Shown here: positions 25,800 through 37,228 of the stretch, piece by piece
Layout: every line of letters begins with the position of its first letter
Numbering within the stretch: position 1 is the first letter of the stretch
From: Lama glama
Taxonomy: Eukaryota
Reading direction: 5' to 3'
Length of the DNA stretch: 64,000 nt
Assembly: GCA_028534125.1 (NCBI GenBank)
Contig: CM052817.1
Coordinates: 46,502,001 to 46,566,000 of the forward strand
Position numbers and translations under genes: made by a program
Notes under the pieces: model-generated
Databases searched by the model: none
What the model was told of the DNA's origin: nothing
The model's input: only the letters and a program-made list of their open reading frames with translations

Positions 25800-25914
25800 T
25801 TTTTATATTATCGAAAGAGTGGGGAACATGTGCACCATCATCCTTACATCATTGTTAGAGGAAATTCCACACCACGCAACCCTCCACCCGCCCTTTGAGG
25901 GCAGACCTGAGTCA
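25800..25914 (-). promoter_or_regulatory. CXCL8 proximal promoter: TATA (25800-25807), NF-kB TGGAATTTCC (25860-25869), AP-1 TGACTCA (25908-25914)
   Basis: Motifs read on the minus strand in the same order and similar spacing as the well-known human IL8 promoter. Confidence 0.92.
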
Positions 25915-27494
25915 TCGAACTCCTCGAACAATTAGTTTCTTATCAAATTTTCAGCAATGGTTGAAGTTTTATTTGCTCTTTCAAGTAATTCCACTTTACT
26001 GATTTTATTTTAAAACATGTTTTAAAATAGTTTTAAAATAGTCAATCTTCTCAGTTTGATCCATGATTGTCAGTTGTTTTCCCTTTTATTTTATTTCCCT
26101 TTTATTTTATTTATTCACTTTATCACAGTATCATCTGGCAGCTGTTAGAGGAAGGTCATTTGTGATTATTCTTTTATGGCACAATCATTTCTTTAGGTAA
26201 ATTATACGTGCTGTAGTGATAGAGAAGGTAATTGAGCAAACCACTTTTAGTGGAGATAAAATTTACGAGAAGTCCTTTTCTAAGCATTTTGGAAAGTTTC
26301 CAGGAACGATTACCACGCTCAAGGAGCAGGTTACAACTTTTCAAAAGATATGTCTTTTCTAATGTATGTTTAACAGACTGAGAAGATGTATCTTTCAGTT
26401 CTGTTCCACAAATATTTATCAAGTAACTTCTGAGTAATGTGGGAATCTAGAAGTGGATAAGACTAAGTACTTGTTTTTAAAAAGTTTCGGCCATCAGAAG
26501 AAGAAAGCAATATAAGGGCCAGGTTATATTACAGAGCAGACAAATGGTACCATGATATTTGTTCCAACAAGGGTATAGCCGTTGGAGCAGGGTATCGAAA
26601 GATGCAGGACTTTAATAGATGAGGATGAAGAGCAACCGCACATTCTCGATAAGGATACTGTCCAAAGACACTCAAGTGGTAGAATAAAGACATGTTTATG
26701 TTCCAGGATGTGGTTCGCTGGGGTTACTTGGACGAGGCGGGATGAGGTGGTGTGTAATAGAAAGGTAAGTAATGTGTACTTAGTGGAAGGAACATCTGTG
26801 TTTAAACCCTAGTTCAGCCACCTAATTTTCTGTGGCTTTTAACGTTTCTGCGTTCCGGTTTCTATAGCTAGAAGCTGAGTTTAAAAATCTCGACCTATCT
26901 CATCAAGTTAATATATGCAAACTTCCTGGCTTAACTTTTACACTGATAGATTCCTATCTAATCCAAAAGCTATGGCTTGTATTTCTCATTTTTGTCAGAT
27001 GTTTGACTTCCAAACTGCAAAGCCATTCCACCAACAATTATTTCCTAAAAATTTATTTTGCCTTACTGGATTCTTGATGAAAGATTGGTTTCTGAAATAC
27101 CAAGTAAAGCTAGATTACAGCATGTAATGAAACAATATAATAAAATAGAAACAACACCAGTTTGAGTTAGGATTTGCTAAAAATTTAAAGCTCCAGATTA
27201 AAATCTGGTTATATCTGAGTTCAAGTTGCCCTTTCAGATTGAAAATCTGGAGTACAGAGAGTCTTAAAAATCTATGGAATTCAAAACTGCTTGAGGAAAT
27301 AGCTAAACAGTAATATAGGATTTAAATTAAATTTTCTGACAGAAGAATTATTGAAAATTAGACCAAGACAAATGATGTTTCAGCAGAATGTGAATACTTG
27401 TGGTTTGGGGAGAAATTTTCCTTTGCTGAAAGATTTGTGTAGTGACTCCAGCTAACTTCTTAAATATCATTTCGATTTACTTGATGTCAGGGAA

Positions 27495-27496
<2 letters not shown>

Positions 27497-27561
<65 letters not shown>
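27497..27561. repeat. (TG)32 microsatellite
   Basis: Perfect dinucleotide run. Confidence 0.99.
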
Positions 27562-27563
<2 letters not shown>

Positions 27564-30249
27564 TAATCATCATGACAATGGGCTAAGTAATATTGTCCTC
27601 ATTTTACAGATGAGGAAACTACATCTCCAAGTTCATATATCTCAGTAGCGGTGGAGCTCATGCATCCAAAATTTATTAGGTTTAATCCTGGTCTCAAAGC
27701 ATATTCATAAAGGGAAGCATATTTAGGACACTAGGACACAAAACCATCTTTGTATGACTGAAAGTTTCTTACTCCATCCCTCTTGAGTCCTCAGAGATTA
27801 GTCTGGACTTCCTTGGAAAAGGAACACTATGGAAGGAAGCTTTCAATAGTAAAAGTCTGCCTACCTCTGGACAAGTACACAATTTATAATGAATTCAGCT
27901 TGATGTAACATCCTTCTTCTTTCCCAGCGAGACTGATAGAGCAGTGAGTTTGTCCACACAAGAGTGTGTGGAGAAGTACTGCCATGTGTGAGTGCTTTCC
28001 AAAGAAGTTGGTAGTCTTCTGAACATCCACACTTCTTTTTTTTCCTTTCTCCAACCAACATAAGACTTGAAGACAAATAGTACATTGTATTAACTTCTGT
28101 AGCAAAGCCAATGTTTACTATTTACAATGCAGTTCTTATTGTTTTTAAATCTACTATTTTAGGAACTTGATTGTTCATTTATTGATTTACCATATATTGA
28201 TTATCTTCTAATACCACGTTTTGTAGTAGGAGATATGAATACTATGTAAATAAAGATGCCTCTGACTTCAAGGAGTTTGCAGTCTAATGTAGGATATGGA
28301 CAATTAGTTATACAAACAAGTGACTGTGACCTAGTATTGGTGATGAGTAGGAGTAAGACCAAGGGGGTTGGGAGAAGGGATGCCTGCTTTGCTAGTGAAA
28401 GGAAAAGCAAGTACAAGGTAATGACATGTAAGAGAATGTGGCCCAGTTGGGTTCCTGAAATTATTGAGCATTGTACGGAAAATATGTATGGAGTGAGGAG
28501 AGAAAAAGTTGGGGCCAGAAATGTAAGCAAGAGCCGAATCTTAAAGAAAATTCCCAGTTTTTTTTTTTCTTCAGTAATGTTGGTTGGTTCAGCAAAGACA
28601 TAATCTCATATGGACAGACCCTTAAGGTTCAGTCTAGCATCATTAGGACCCAGTTATACCCAGGGCACTGCTAAGATACTCAGAGCTCTGAGGAACTGCG
28701 AACACTCCCCTACTTTTCTCTCAGGGTTGCCTTTGTATTTGTGCAACTTACCTAAGCACCTCTTTCCCCCTCTCTGGCCCATCTCCTCATCTCTTCCCTT
28801 CCTCCTCTTTGCAACCTGATGTCATCCTTAGAGGTTGAGCTAATGAGCTCTGTTTGACCTACATGTTCACAGCCTTTGGAATGGAGCATCATTTATAAGA
28901 CAAAAGGGCATCTGTGCAAATGTCGATCTCTCACAGTGCCACCTTGATGTGTCATGTCCCAAGACTCTCTCCATCAGAGGCAAGGATGGACAAAGACAAA
29001 GTGACTGGAGGGGGCAGTCATTCTGGTCTTGTCCCATTTCCATAAAGGTAACCGTATGAGTCATTGCATAGTAAGGAGAAGACCAAATGGGATTAAGTAG
29101 GGGGAAAAGGGCTAATCATCCTGTTCGACGAAATGCTGCTTCAAAATAGAGCAGAATAGGGTAAAAAGTTTGAGTGAACAGTAAAGCTGCACATAAATAC
29201 AGATGCTATTTTGTCCTCCTCTAGGGATGAATGCAAAGTTCATAGGGTTCCTGACCATTGATTTGCTTATTTAAGTTCCAACCAGCACTTAACAAAGAAA
29301 AAAGCATCCAGAGAGCTTCATCATAGCCGTGGGACCAAGTCTATCAGCCAAGAAAGGGAAGAGCTCAAGAAAGAGACAAGACAAAGACGGGAATTTACCT
29401 TTTCCACATCAATAAGTAACTCTTCTTTTTTTGTCAAACTCAGGTCAACTGAATGTCTTTTGGGGTATGTTAAACAATTCATGCACATACACTGCAACTC
29501 CCCATCCCACTCTCACTTCAAACAGGTATTTTAGAACTGGGGCTTGTTTGTAAGCCTCAATTAAGTTGTATTCACATAATAAAGCAGAATGTGGTGGGGA
29601 AAAAATGGGCTTTGAAGTGAGGCAAACTTGAATTTGAATCTTACCCCCTGCTGATTAACCAAGAGACCTTGAGCAAGCCAATTCTATGCTGGCCTTGCCT
29701 CTGCTGCTGCTAAAATCTGTGCCACCTTTCCCAACCCCAGTAGTAAAGTCTCAACTTGTACCTGGAATTTTTTTCTCCTTTCGAGGAAATTAGTCTCAGC
29801 TCAACAATCCTCAAGGTAAAGAGAACCACAGACAAATGCTAAATACGTATCACTGAGTTTGACTTAACAATGTGTTGATGCTGAGATCGTAAACATAAAA
29901 CACCTGCTCCCTGAAATGTTAGTCAATAAAACTAGGAGTTAACTGAAAGATTTTAAACATGTGACTCCTTTTTGTGCATTAAAGACATTTGTACTTAACA
30001 AAGTATGATAAATAAAATACGATAACAATCTGCTCCAGTGTCTTTCAGTCCCATCTCCAATTTCATTATCTCCAGTTAACAATTGGTAAAAATACTAAGA
30101 AAAGTTGGCTCAGACTGCTAAAAGTGTTCACCTTTTCAAGAAAAGACATTTTTCAAAGTCTTGACAAGCTAGAAAGTGGAAACAGCTAAATGTGTTGGTT
30201 TTGAGCCAGGTCAAATCTGAATAACTTAAATTTAAGGGTCTTCGTGGGT

Positions 30250-30468
30250 GCTGGACTCAGTCAGATCTGCCTTCAAGCCTGTGTCCACCATTTATTAGCC
30301 AAACAACTGTGGGAAATTATTTTAGCCTCACTGAGTCTCAGTTTCCTCATCTGTAAAATGAGAATAACCATAATTCCATAGGATCGCAGCAAGAGTTAAG
30401 TGAGGAAATATACAGAAAATGTTAAGACTGGTGACTACCCCATAGGAAGTACTCAATAAATGTCAGTT
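30250..30468 (+). mobile_element. MIR SINE
   Basis: ctgagtctcagtttcctcatctgtaaaatgagaataa ... gtactcaataaatgtcagt. Confidence 0.88.
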
Positions 30469-33400
30469 TTTTTCCCCCTCTAATCTGTCACTTAGGTCAC
30501 ACTTAACTTTGCCTAGAGTGGAAGAACCACTTTTTTTTAAAAAAAAGTACCAATCAAAAAGTAAAAATGTATTGATGCAACAGGTCTCTTAAAGCTGACA
30601 TCTGGCTGCTTTTTTTCCCTTTAATTATAGAGCTTTCTTTTTTATCCCTAAAAATTCAATTTCTGTTTGTGTCTTAAAAAAAAAATACTGTTGATATACA
30701 CAGAGAACTGAGTATCATTGCCAATTCTATCTCCCAAATCAGTGAAGATTCTGAGACTACGTTTGAAAGATGGAATTGGAGAAAGAGGCTGGTTGTGGAA
30801 ACCGGCATTTATTATAGACTCGGGAGACCTAAGATCAGTCTGTCTTCAATATGAAAAAATAAATAAATACATGCAATTGTTTACTTGTAGTCATTTCTTT
30901 GTTAGATTTATTAAACAAAAGTTTTAGAGATTGTTTATGCCAATGTTTACTATAAAATATATATCTTTGAAATTGCAATTATATATTGTTTGTCACTAGG
31001 ATCTCTTTCGTGTGAAGTAAAGATCATAGGAAATGAAGTCACTTGGCAGAAAGGGAAGTTGCTATATTAGAAATGACTGGACCTATGCGTGTGTTTAATT
31101 ATGTCTTGAGGTAATCAACCCACACAAGCCATTGAGTCAAGTGACAGGACAAAAAAAAGGCTTTAAAAATGCTGATTAAAGGTAGTGTAGTTTTATAAGG
31201 TTATTTTTCCTCTTTTCTTAAAAGCTTATTCTTTTGTTCTTTTGTTTCTATACACATGTGATATTTTTAAAAACTGGGTTGAGATAAGACTCATCAATTT
31301 AAAGAAAGTAGCTTAAGTGGAAAAACGAGCTTATGCTGTAATTTCTGTATTTCATTTCTCACAAGTCTCCTCAAAACTTTGATTGTTTTCAAGTTTTTGT
31401 TTCAAGATGTGAGCTTCGCTGTAGCTCGTTCTTTCCCCCACTTTGGCCGTAAGAATTGTTGAAGTGTTCAAGACCCAGTTTGACATGAATGCAAACTCCA
31501 CTCGGATTCTGTTAAAGAAAGCTTAGCCTATCTGTGTGATTGTTGATGTATGTCTTACTCACGTGCCTGGAAATTCCACCAGGACAGAAACCATGTCCGC
31601 TTATTTAAACTGTGTGTCAGCTTCTAGCCACGTGCCTACAACAAATGGGTGCTCTGTGAACATTTCTTGAATGAAAGTAAAAATTCCCCAGTTCTTTTCC
31701 CACCAAGAGCAATATCAACAAAAGGAAGTGAAAATGTTTATCTTTGTCTATTTCTGTTCTCTGTCAGAGACAATTGTTTTATTTACACAAACCCAGGAGA
31801 ATTCAGTATGGAAACTACAGTTTTAGCTCATTTAGTGGTGGATAGGTAAAGCAGTCACCATTCAGCCAGGCAGCAATTTCCTCCTTTGGTGAATTAACCA
31901 TCCATGCCCTTCCAGGCTGCTCCCGGGTTGGGGGAAGAGCCACAATGGAGCAGGCAGGGTGAGGGATGGATCAGTGACTGGCATCCACTATGAATGAGGG
32001 TTCTGCTGCTTCCTTCTCCCCATCGCCTGTGTTTCACAGACTTTGGAGTGTCCAGAACACACAAACGGTATTTCCAGAGGTCAGTGAATGAACTTTTATG
32101 GCGTCCCACAGATTTAGTCTACTTAATGTTCAACGTGCTAAGACTAAACAGATTAGCTTCCCTTGAAGGTGTCACCTCCGTGGTCCTTAACTTTTCTAAA
32201 TTTTAACCACTTAAGCCTTTGAAACCATGATATGCTCTCTCCTTACCCTTAAATACACCTAAGTACAAAGTTGTGCATCAAGTTTCAAGAATTTACCGGC
32301 CTCCATTAAAAACTCTTAAGGAGTGAAATCAATGAAAGGTGTATTGGAGGTTGAACACTTGAGAATCATGAGTGAATCCTGAGTTTACTGTCTTTAAGTC
32401 AAGTCAGCTGAAAGAGAAATGATATTTTCTGACTGCTGCTTGCTGCCGCTGCATCTGTCCAGGACAGAGACTCCAGAAAAAAATTCTTGAAGTTCTCAAA
32501 AGAGAGCATGGAGATGGATGAGGACAAGAATGAGAAGGAAGACTAGAATCTTCATATTCTATGAGTTCAGGATATGAATGACCTTTAGTTTTCATCCACA
32601 TGAGTGAAGCTCAGACCCATCCAAGAAGATGAAGACTGAGTACTCTGTTCATCTGATGTGATCTCCTTAGCTAATCTGCTAAAAGGCAGACCCAGTGGCA
32701 AAAGGTGGCTGAGACAGAGCGGGACATTTTAGTCCTTCCATAATTCCCTTCAGTTTGCTGAGTAGACACATAATTCAAGAAAAATCTATGTGATGTTTTC
32801 ACATAAAAAGAAAGCAAAATTAGAAAATAATTCAGACTGTGTATGGGTTTAGAGATGTGGGAATTCTCTCAGAATTCCCCCAATATATGCAAAACAAGGA
32901 TGTACAACTTCTTTATCCATCTCTCCTTTATCTGTGTCCTCTGATTTCCAGATTGGAGACCCTTTTGTTTCCAGGTAGTTTATGTTCTCATCTAGCATAA
33001 TTTACTATTTGCCACATTTAGAGGGTTCTCTTTCTTGACTGTATTATATTACTCATCAAAATTAAATCCCTCCTCGTGGTCCCTAAACCAGGAAGGAGGA
33101 AATCACTGCCCACAGAACCTAGCGGAGTTTTGAAACAAAGGAAAATCTGTTTGTCTACTCCAAACCTGGTGGATGAACTTTTCAAGCACTTCCTTTTTCC
33201 CCCAACCATAGGGAGGGGGGAGCCCTGGAAAACACCACTGGCACAATCTCCCTGGAAATAAATGCAAAACAGGCAGGAGAAATAGATAAGAAACAGCGCA
33301 CCCAGCCAGGAAAGCAGGGCCTTGAAAACACACATGGAAGAGACCCAAAGAGAAATGAGGCTGGTACTGGAAAGCCAAGGTTAATGAGAATTAAAATGGC

Positions 33401-33479
33401 ACATTTCTTTTCTGAGCTTGACTTACTCAGATTTAGCTGTGAGAGCACAGACTCCTCACTCAAGCACAATTGTACTAAT

Positions 33480-33670
33480 AGAGTCTTATTACAGTGTATG
33501 TTTTATTTTTCATAGTATTCACAATAGCCATATATTTTTGTATTATTTATTCCCATTTAACAGATGAGGAAACAGACTCAGAGAGGTTAAGTAACTGGCA
33601 GAGGGTCACCCAGCAAGTGGGAGACAGAATTAGGATATGAACCTAAACAAGGTGTCCAGAGACTCTGTAC
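33480..33670 (-). mobile_element. MIR SINE
   Basis: cccatttaacagatgaggaaacagactcagagaggttaagtaact. Confidence 0.85.
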
Positions 33671-34459
33671 CGCCTCTAGGAAGTTTCTCTTGAAGTTTTC
33701 TCTCACGTGTCTGTAAGTCTCACAGACCTGGTTTGAGCACATTTCCCTTCTTTCTTCCACCTCTCTTGCCTGAGAGGATTGAGAAGGCTGGAGAAGAGGA
33801 ACTTGATTCAGTGAGGAGAGAGGGACACCGTAATCTGATAGAAGAACTCATTTCTCCTCCTGTCAAAGCCTCAGGTCTTCATTTGTCAAATGCGCTGAAT
33901 TTTCCTATCTAGTCCCTACTGCCTGATGTTTTACTCTAAGAAGCGTAGTACGTGTGCGATGGATGGGGAGCTTTCCCTGGGCAGCTTGTCCACTTGTGCC
34001 AGAAGAGGACACTCTCCCAAACTTGAGATTCTGCAAAACATCAAGAGAATTCGCACCTGCCTTTACATAGAGTTAACTAAAAAGTGTCACTTGCAAGATT
34101 CTCAACCTCTGAGAGGAGAAGGGCTTTAATTTTAATGGGCTTGGTGAAGAAAGAGCCTAGAATGAGAGGCCATGGGGATGGTGTGAATTACCACCAGACT
34201 CCAAGACCCTCCAGGAATGAGAGGAAATGGTCCCACTGCTCCCCTCTGTCTTGACATTGTTTCCTCTTACTTGGTTTCCTCATGACTCTCAGAGAAGTTG
34301 CAGCTGTTGACTTTTTATTGTGAAACAAGAAATGTGGCTGGAGTTGGAAAATGTTTTTGAAAGAAAGCAAGCCCATTTGATTTGTTAGAAAGGCAAAACA
34401 TCAAATGTAATGGATATCACTCAAAATATATGTAAAGAGACCCCATTTTTCCCATTACT

Positions 34460-35660
34460 CGCTTATTTAACAGATATTTGCAGAGTCTACCTTCTATATT
34501 CCAAGCACTTTTTAGTTGCTTGAGAGCTCTAGTGAATGACATGAATAGGAGCGGCTCCCCGTGGGGCTTGTGTAAGGGGACAGATGGACAGGTGGGTGAG
34601 AGTGAGCAGATTACAACACTGGGGAGTCAGAAGTGTCCTTGAGAGGTTGAGACTGAGCTGAGAATTGAAAGATACAGGAGTTGGCTAAGTCTCTAGGTGT
34701 GAATATTCCAGGCCCAGGGACAGTTGGAACAGCTTGAGGTGGGAGCATGGTTGTGTCCTTGAGGAACAATAAGGAAGGTGGCGTGGCTGGCACAGGGCGA
34801 GGAACAAATGAGTTGGAAAAGAAGACAGAAGGGGCCAGATCAAGTAGGGCTTTTGATTTTTTTTTTAATCTTCAATTTTTATTTGCTACTGCTATTTCTT
34901 TATCCCAATAATGCAAATTGAGGAGGCCAGCAGGAAGCCACATTTGAAGTGGCACAGGCCAGCTGGTGGAATGATGGCAATCATGGCCCCCTGAGCATTG
35001 CAGGGGACAGCAGGCGTCAGCTCTGGGCTGGGCGCACAGACTGTAGGGAAGGCCCGGTAGGGAAGGCCACCTCCCACAGCAGTTTGGCCTTGAAAACACC
35101 AAGAACAGCTGCATTCATTGTCTACCCCCACCCCCTTTTTCTGCTTTAATAATGATAATAATTTTTAAAAACATTCTATAATTTATAAGCTATTTTTTCC
35201 TATCTACATTATATATAAAATATAGACTCTGTTTACTTTGTAATACACATCTTTTCCCTTAATAAATAACTCTTTTTAGGTCATTATAAGGATTTCAGCT
35301 TTTATTCTTCATGGAGAGCCATTGAAGGATGGGAAACAAATCAGTGACATGATCTGATGAACTGCTGTGTAGAGGCGGCGGGTGGAGGGGGAGTAGTTTG
35401 TAGGGAGGACAAAGGCAAATCAAGATCATCAGTGAGAGGTTATGCGGAAAGCCAGAAGGGAGATAAGAAGTGTTTATACCAGGCCGGAGTGGTAACAGCA
35501 GAAGTGACGACTGGTGGTCAGAATCTAGCTTATTTTAAAGACAGCAGACAATCCTGATAGATTGGGCATGAGCTCTGAAAAAAAGAAAACTCATCGATGA
35601 TGAAGACTTTAAATGTAAGCTGTTGGGAGGATGGAGTCTTCGTTAACTTAGATACTTGAG
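34460..35660 (-). mobile_element. L2 LINE remnant split by an insertion at ~34855-35271
   Basis: tttaacagatatttg...ggggccagatcaagtagggc | taggtcattataaggatttcagcttttattct is collinear L2 text. Confidence 0.7.
34855..35271 (-). pseudogene. Candidate 5'-truncated retrocopy of an unidentified mRNA 3'UTR
   Basis: Poly(A)-like run with AATAAA just upstream on the minus strand; interrupts an L2; matches no repeat I recognise. Confidence 0.5.
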
Positions 35661-35884
35661 AAAGTATCTAAACTAACGTTGCAGGATTACTGGGGTATGG
35701 GGCAATTCTTGCTTAACAGAACTCTCCCAACTGCGTCCTCAGTGGAGCTCCTCAGTTACACCCATAGATGCAAGAAGTTGCAGTTACTACTGTGGCTGGT
35801 AGCGCAAAGGAGACTGAGGCAGGAAGGACGTGATGGGGTGAGGGATAGACTAATATTTATTGTATGCCAGTCACTGTACTAGGT

Positions 35885-37228
35885 TTTTTTTTTTAATAAA
35901 AATAGCGTATGTTTAGATTGATCAACATGATGATTTGAGATATACACACACACACACACACACACACATAGTGAAATGATTACTACAGTAAAACTAACAT
36001 GTCATCTCCTACCATTTTTTTTTTTTTGTATGATGAGAACACCTGAAATCTACTTGTTACTGAGTCCAAACTGATACTGCTCATGGAACGGCAGGCCAAT
36101 AAATCGAGAGACAAGTTGTTGGGGTAAAGAATAGTGACTTTATTCAGAAAGCCAGCTCACCAAGAAAATAGTGGACTCGTGTCCCAAAGAACCGTCTTAC
36201 CCAAGTCAGAATTCAGGCTCCTTTTATACTAAAAAGGGGAGGGGTGTGATTGGTTGTTGTAAACATCTTGGCGTTGGAATCCTTAGTTCCACATAGGTCA
36301 TATTGCAATGTTTCTATAAACTTTCAACAAGACAAATGTTATTCTCCGTTTTGCAACTTTTTATCTTTATATGAATGGAAAGGTGTTATACCCTTAAAGG
36401 TCAGAGTCTTGAGAATGAGCCATCTTGTATATTTCAGGCTATAGGCAACTTTCTTTTACAAAAGGTGCAGAACCAGCATGACTAAGCACAGGAAACAGAG
36501 CACAGGGTTAAAGCTAAAGGAACAGATCTAATTTGGAGTCAAATTTGTTCTTGCCTATTACATACTCTCTTAGGAAATTTCCAGTCTTCAGTATAGTGTT
36601 ATTAAGCATAGTCACCCTGCTGTACAGTTGTTCTCTAGACTCATTCATTCTACTACACAAGTGCAACTTTGTGCCTTTTGACAGACATCTCCCCACTTCC
36701 CTCACCTCCACATCTTTGGTAACCGCTATTCTACTCTCTACTTCTATGTATTTAACTTTTATTAGATTCCACATATAAGTGAGATTATTAAGGTTTTTTT
36801 CTTTTCTTTCTGTGTCTGGCTTACTTCACTTGGCATAATGTCCTCTAGATCCACCCACATGGCTGCAAATGGCAAGATGTCCTTCTTCTCTAAGTCTGAG
36901 TAATATTTCTATTTATATCTATATAACAATTTTTTCCTCCCAGCTTTGTTGAGATATAATTGACTTATAACACTGTGTAAGTTTAAGGTGTGCAGTGTGT
37001 TGATTTGTCCGTTCATCCATTGACAGACACTTGGGTTGTTGCCATACTTTGGCTATTGTGAATAATTACTGCTGCGATGAACATGGAAGTACAGATATCT
37101 CTTCAAGGCACTGATTTCACTTTCTTTGGATATATGCCCAGAAGCGGATTGCTGGATCATATAGAATTCTATTTTTAGTTTTTTGAGCAACCTCCACACT
37201 CTTTGCCATAGTGGCTGCACCAATTTAT
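35885..37228 (-). mobile_element. L1MA-like 3' end, interrupted by an LTR
   Basis: tagattccacatataagtgag, ttcacttggcataatgtcctc, ggctattgtgaataat, ttgctggatcatat. Confidence 0.88.
36055..36562 (-). mobile_element. ERV1-class solo LTR
   Basis: TGTTAC...TTACA, 508 bp, 4-bp TSD TACT at 36051-36054 and 36563-36566; poly(A) signal on the minus strand. Confidence 0.88.

Noticed and set aside
25622..25858. 78-aa plus-strand ORF
   Set aside because: Antisense shadow of CXCL8 exon 1 and promoter
26582..26812. 76-aa ORF with an AAG|gtaagt donor
   Set aside because: Lies in a decayed L2-like region; no homology recognised
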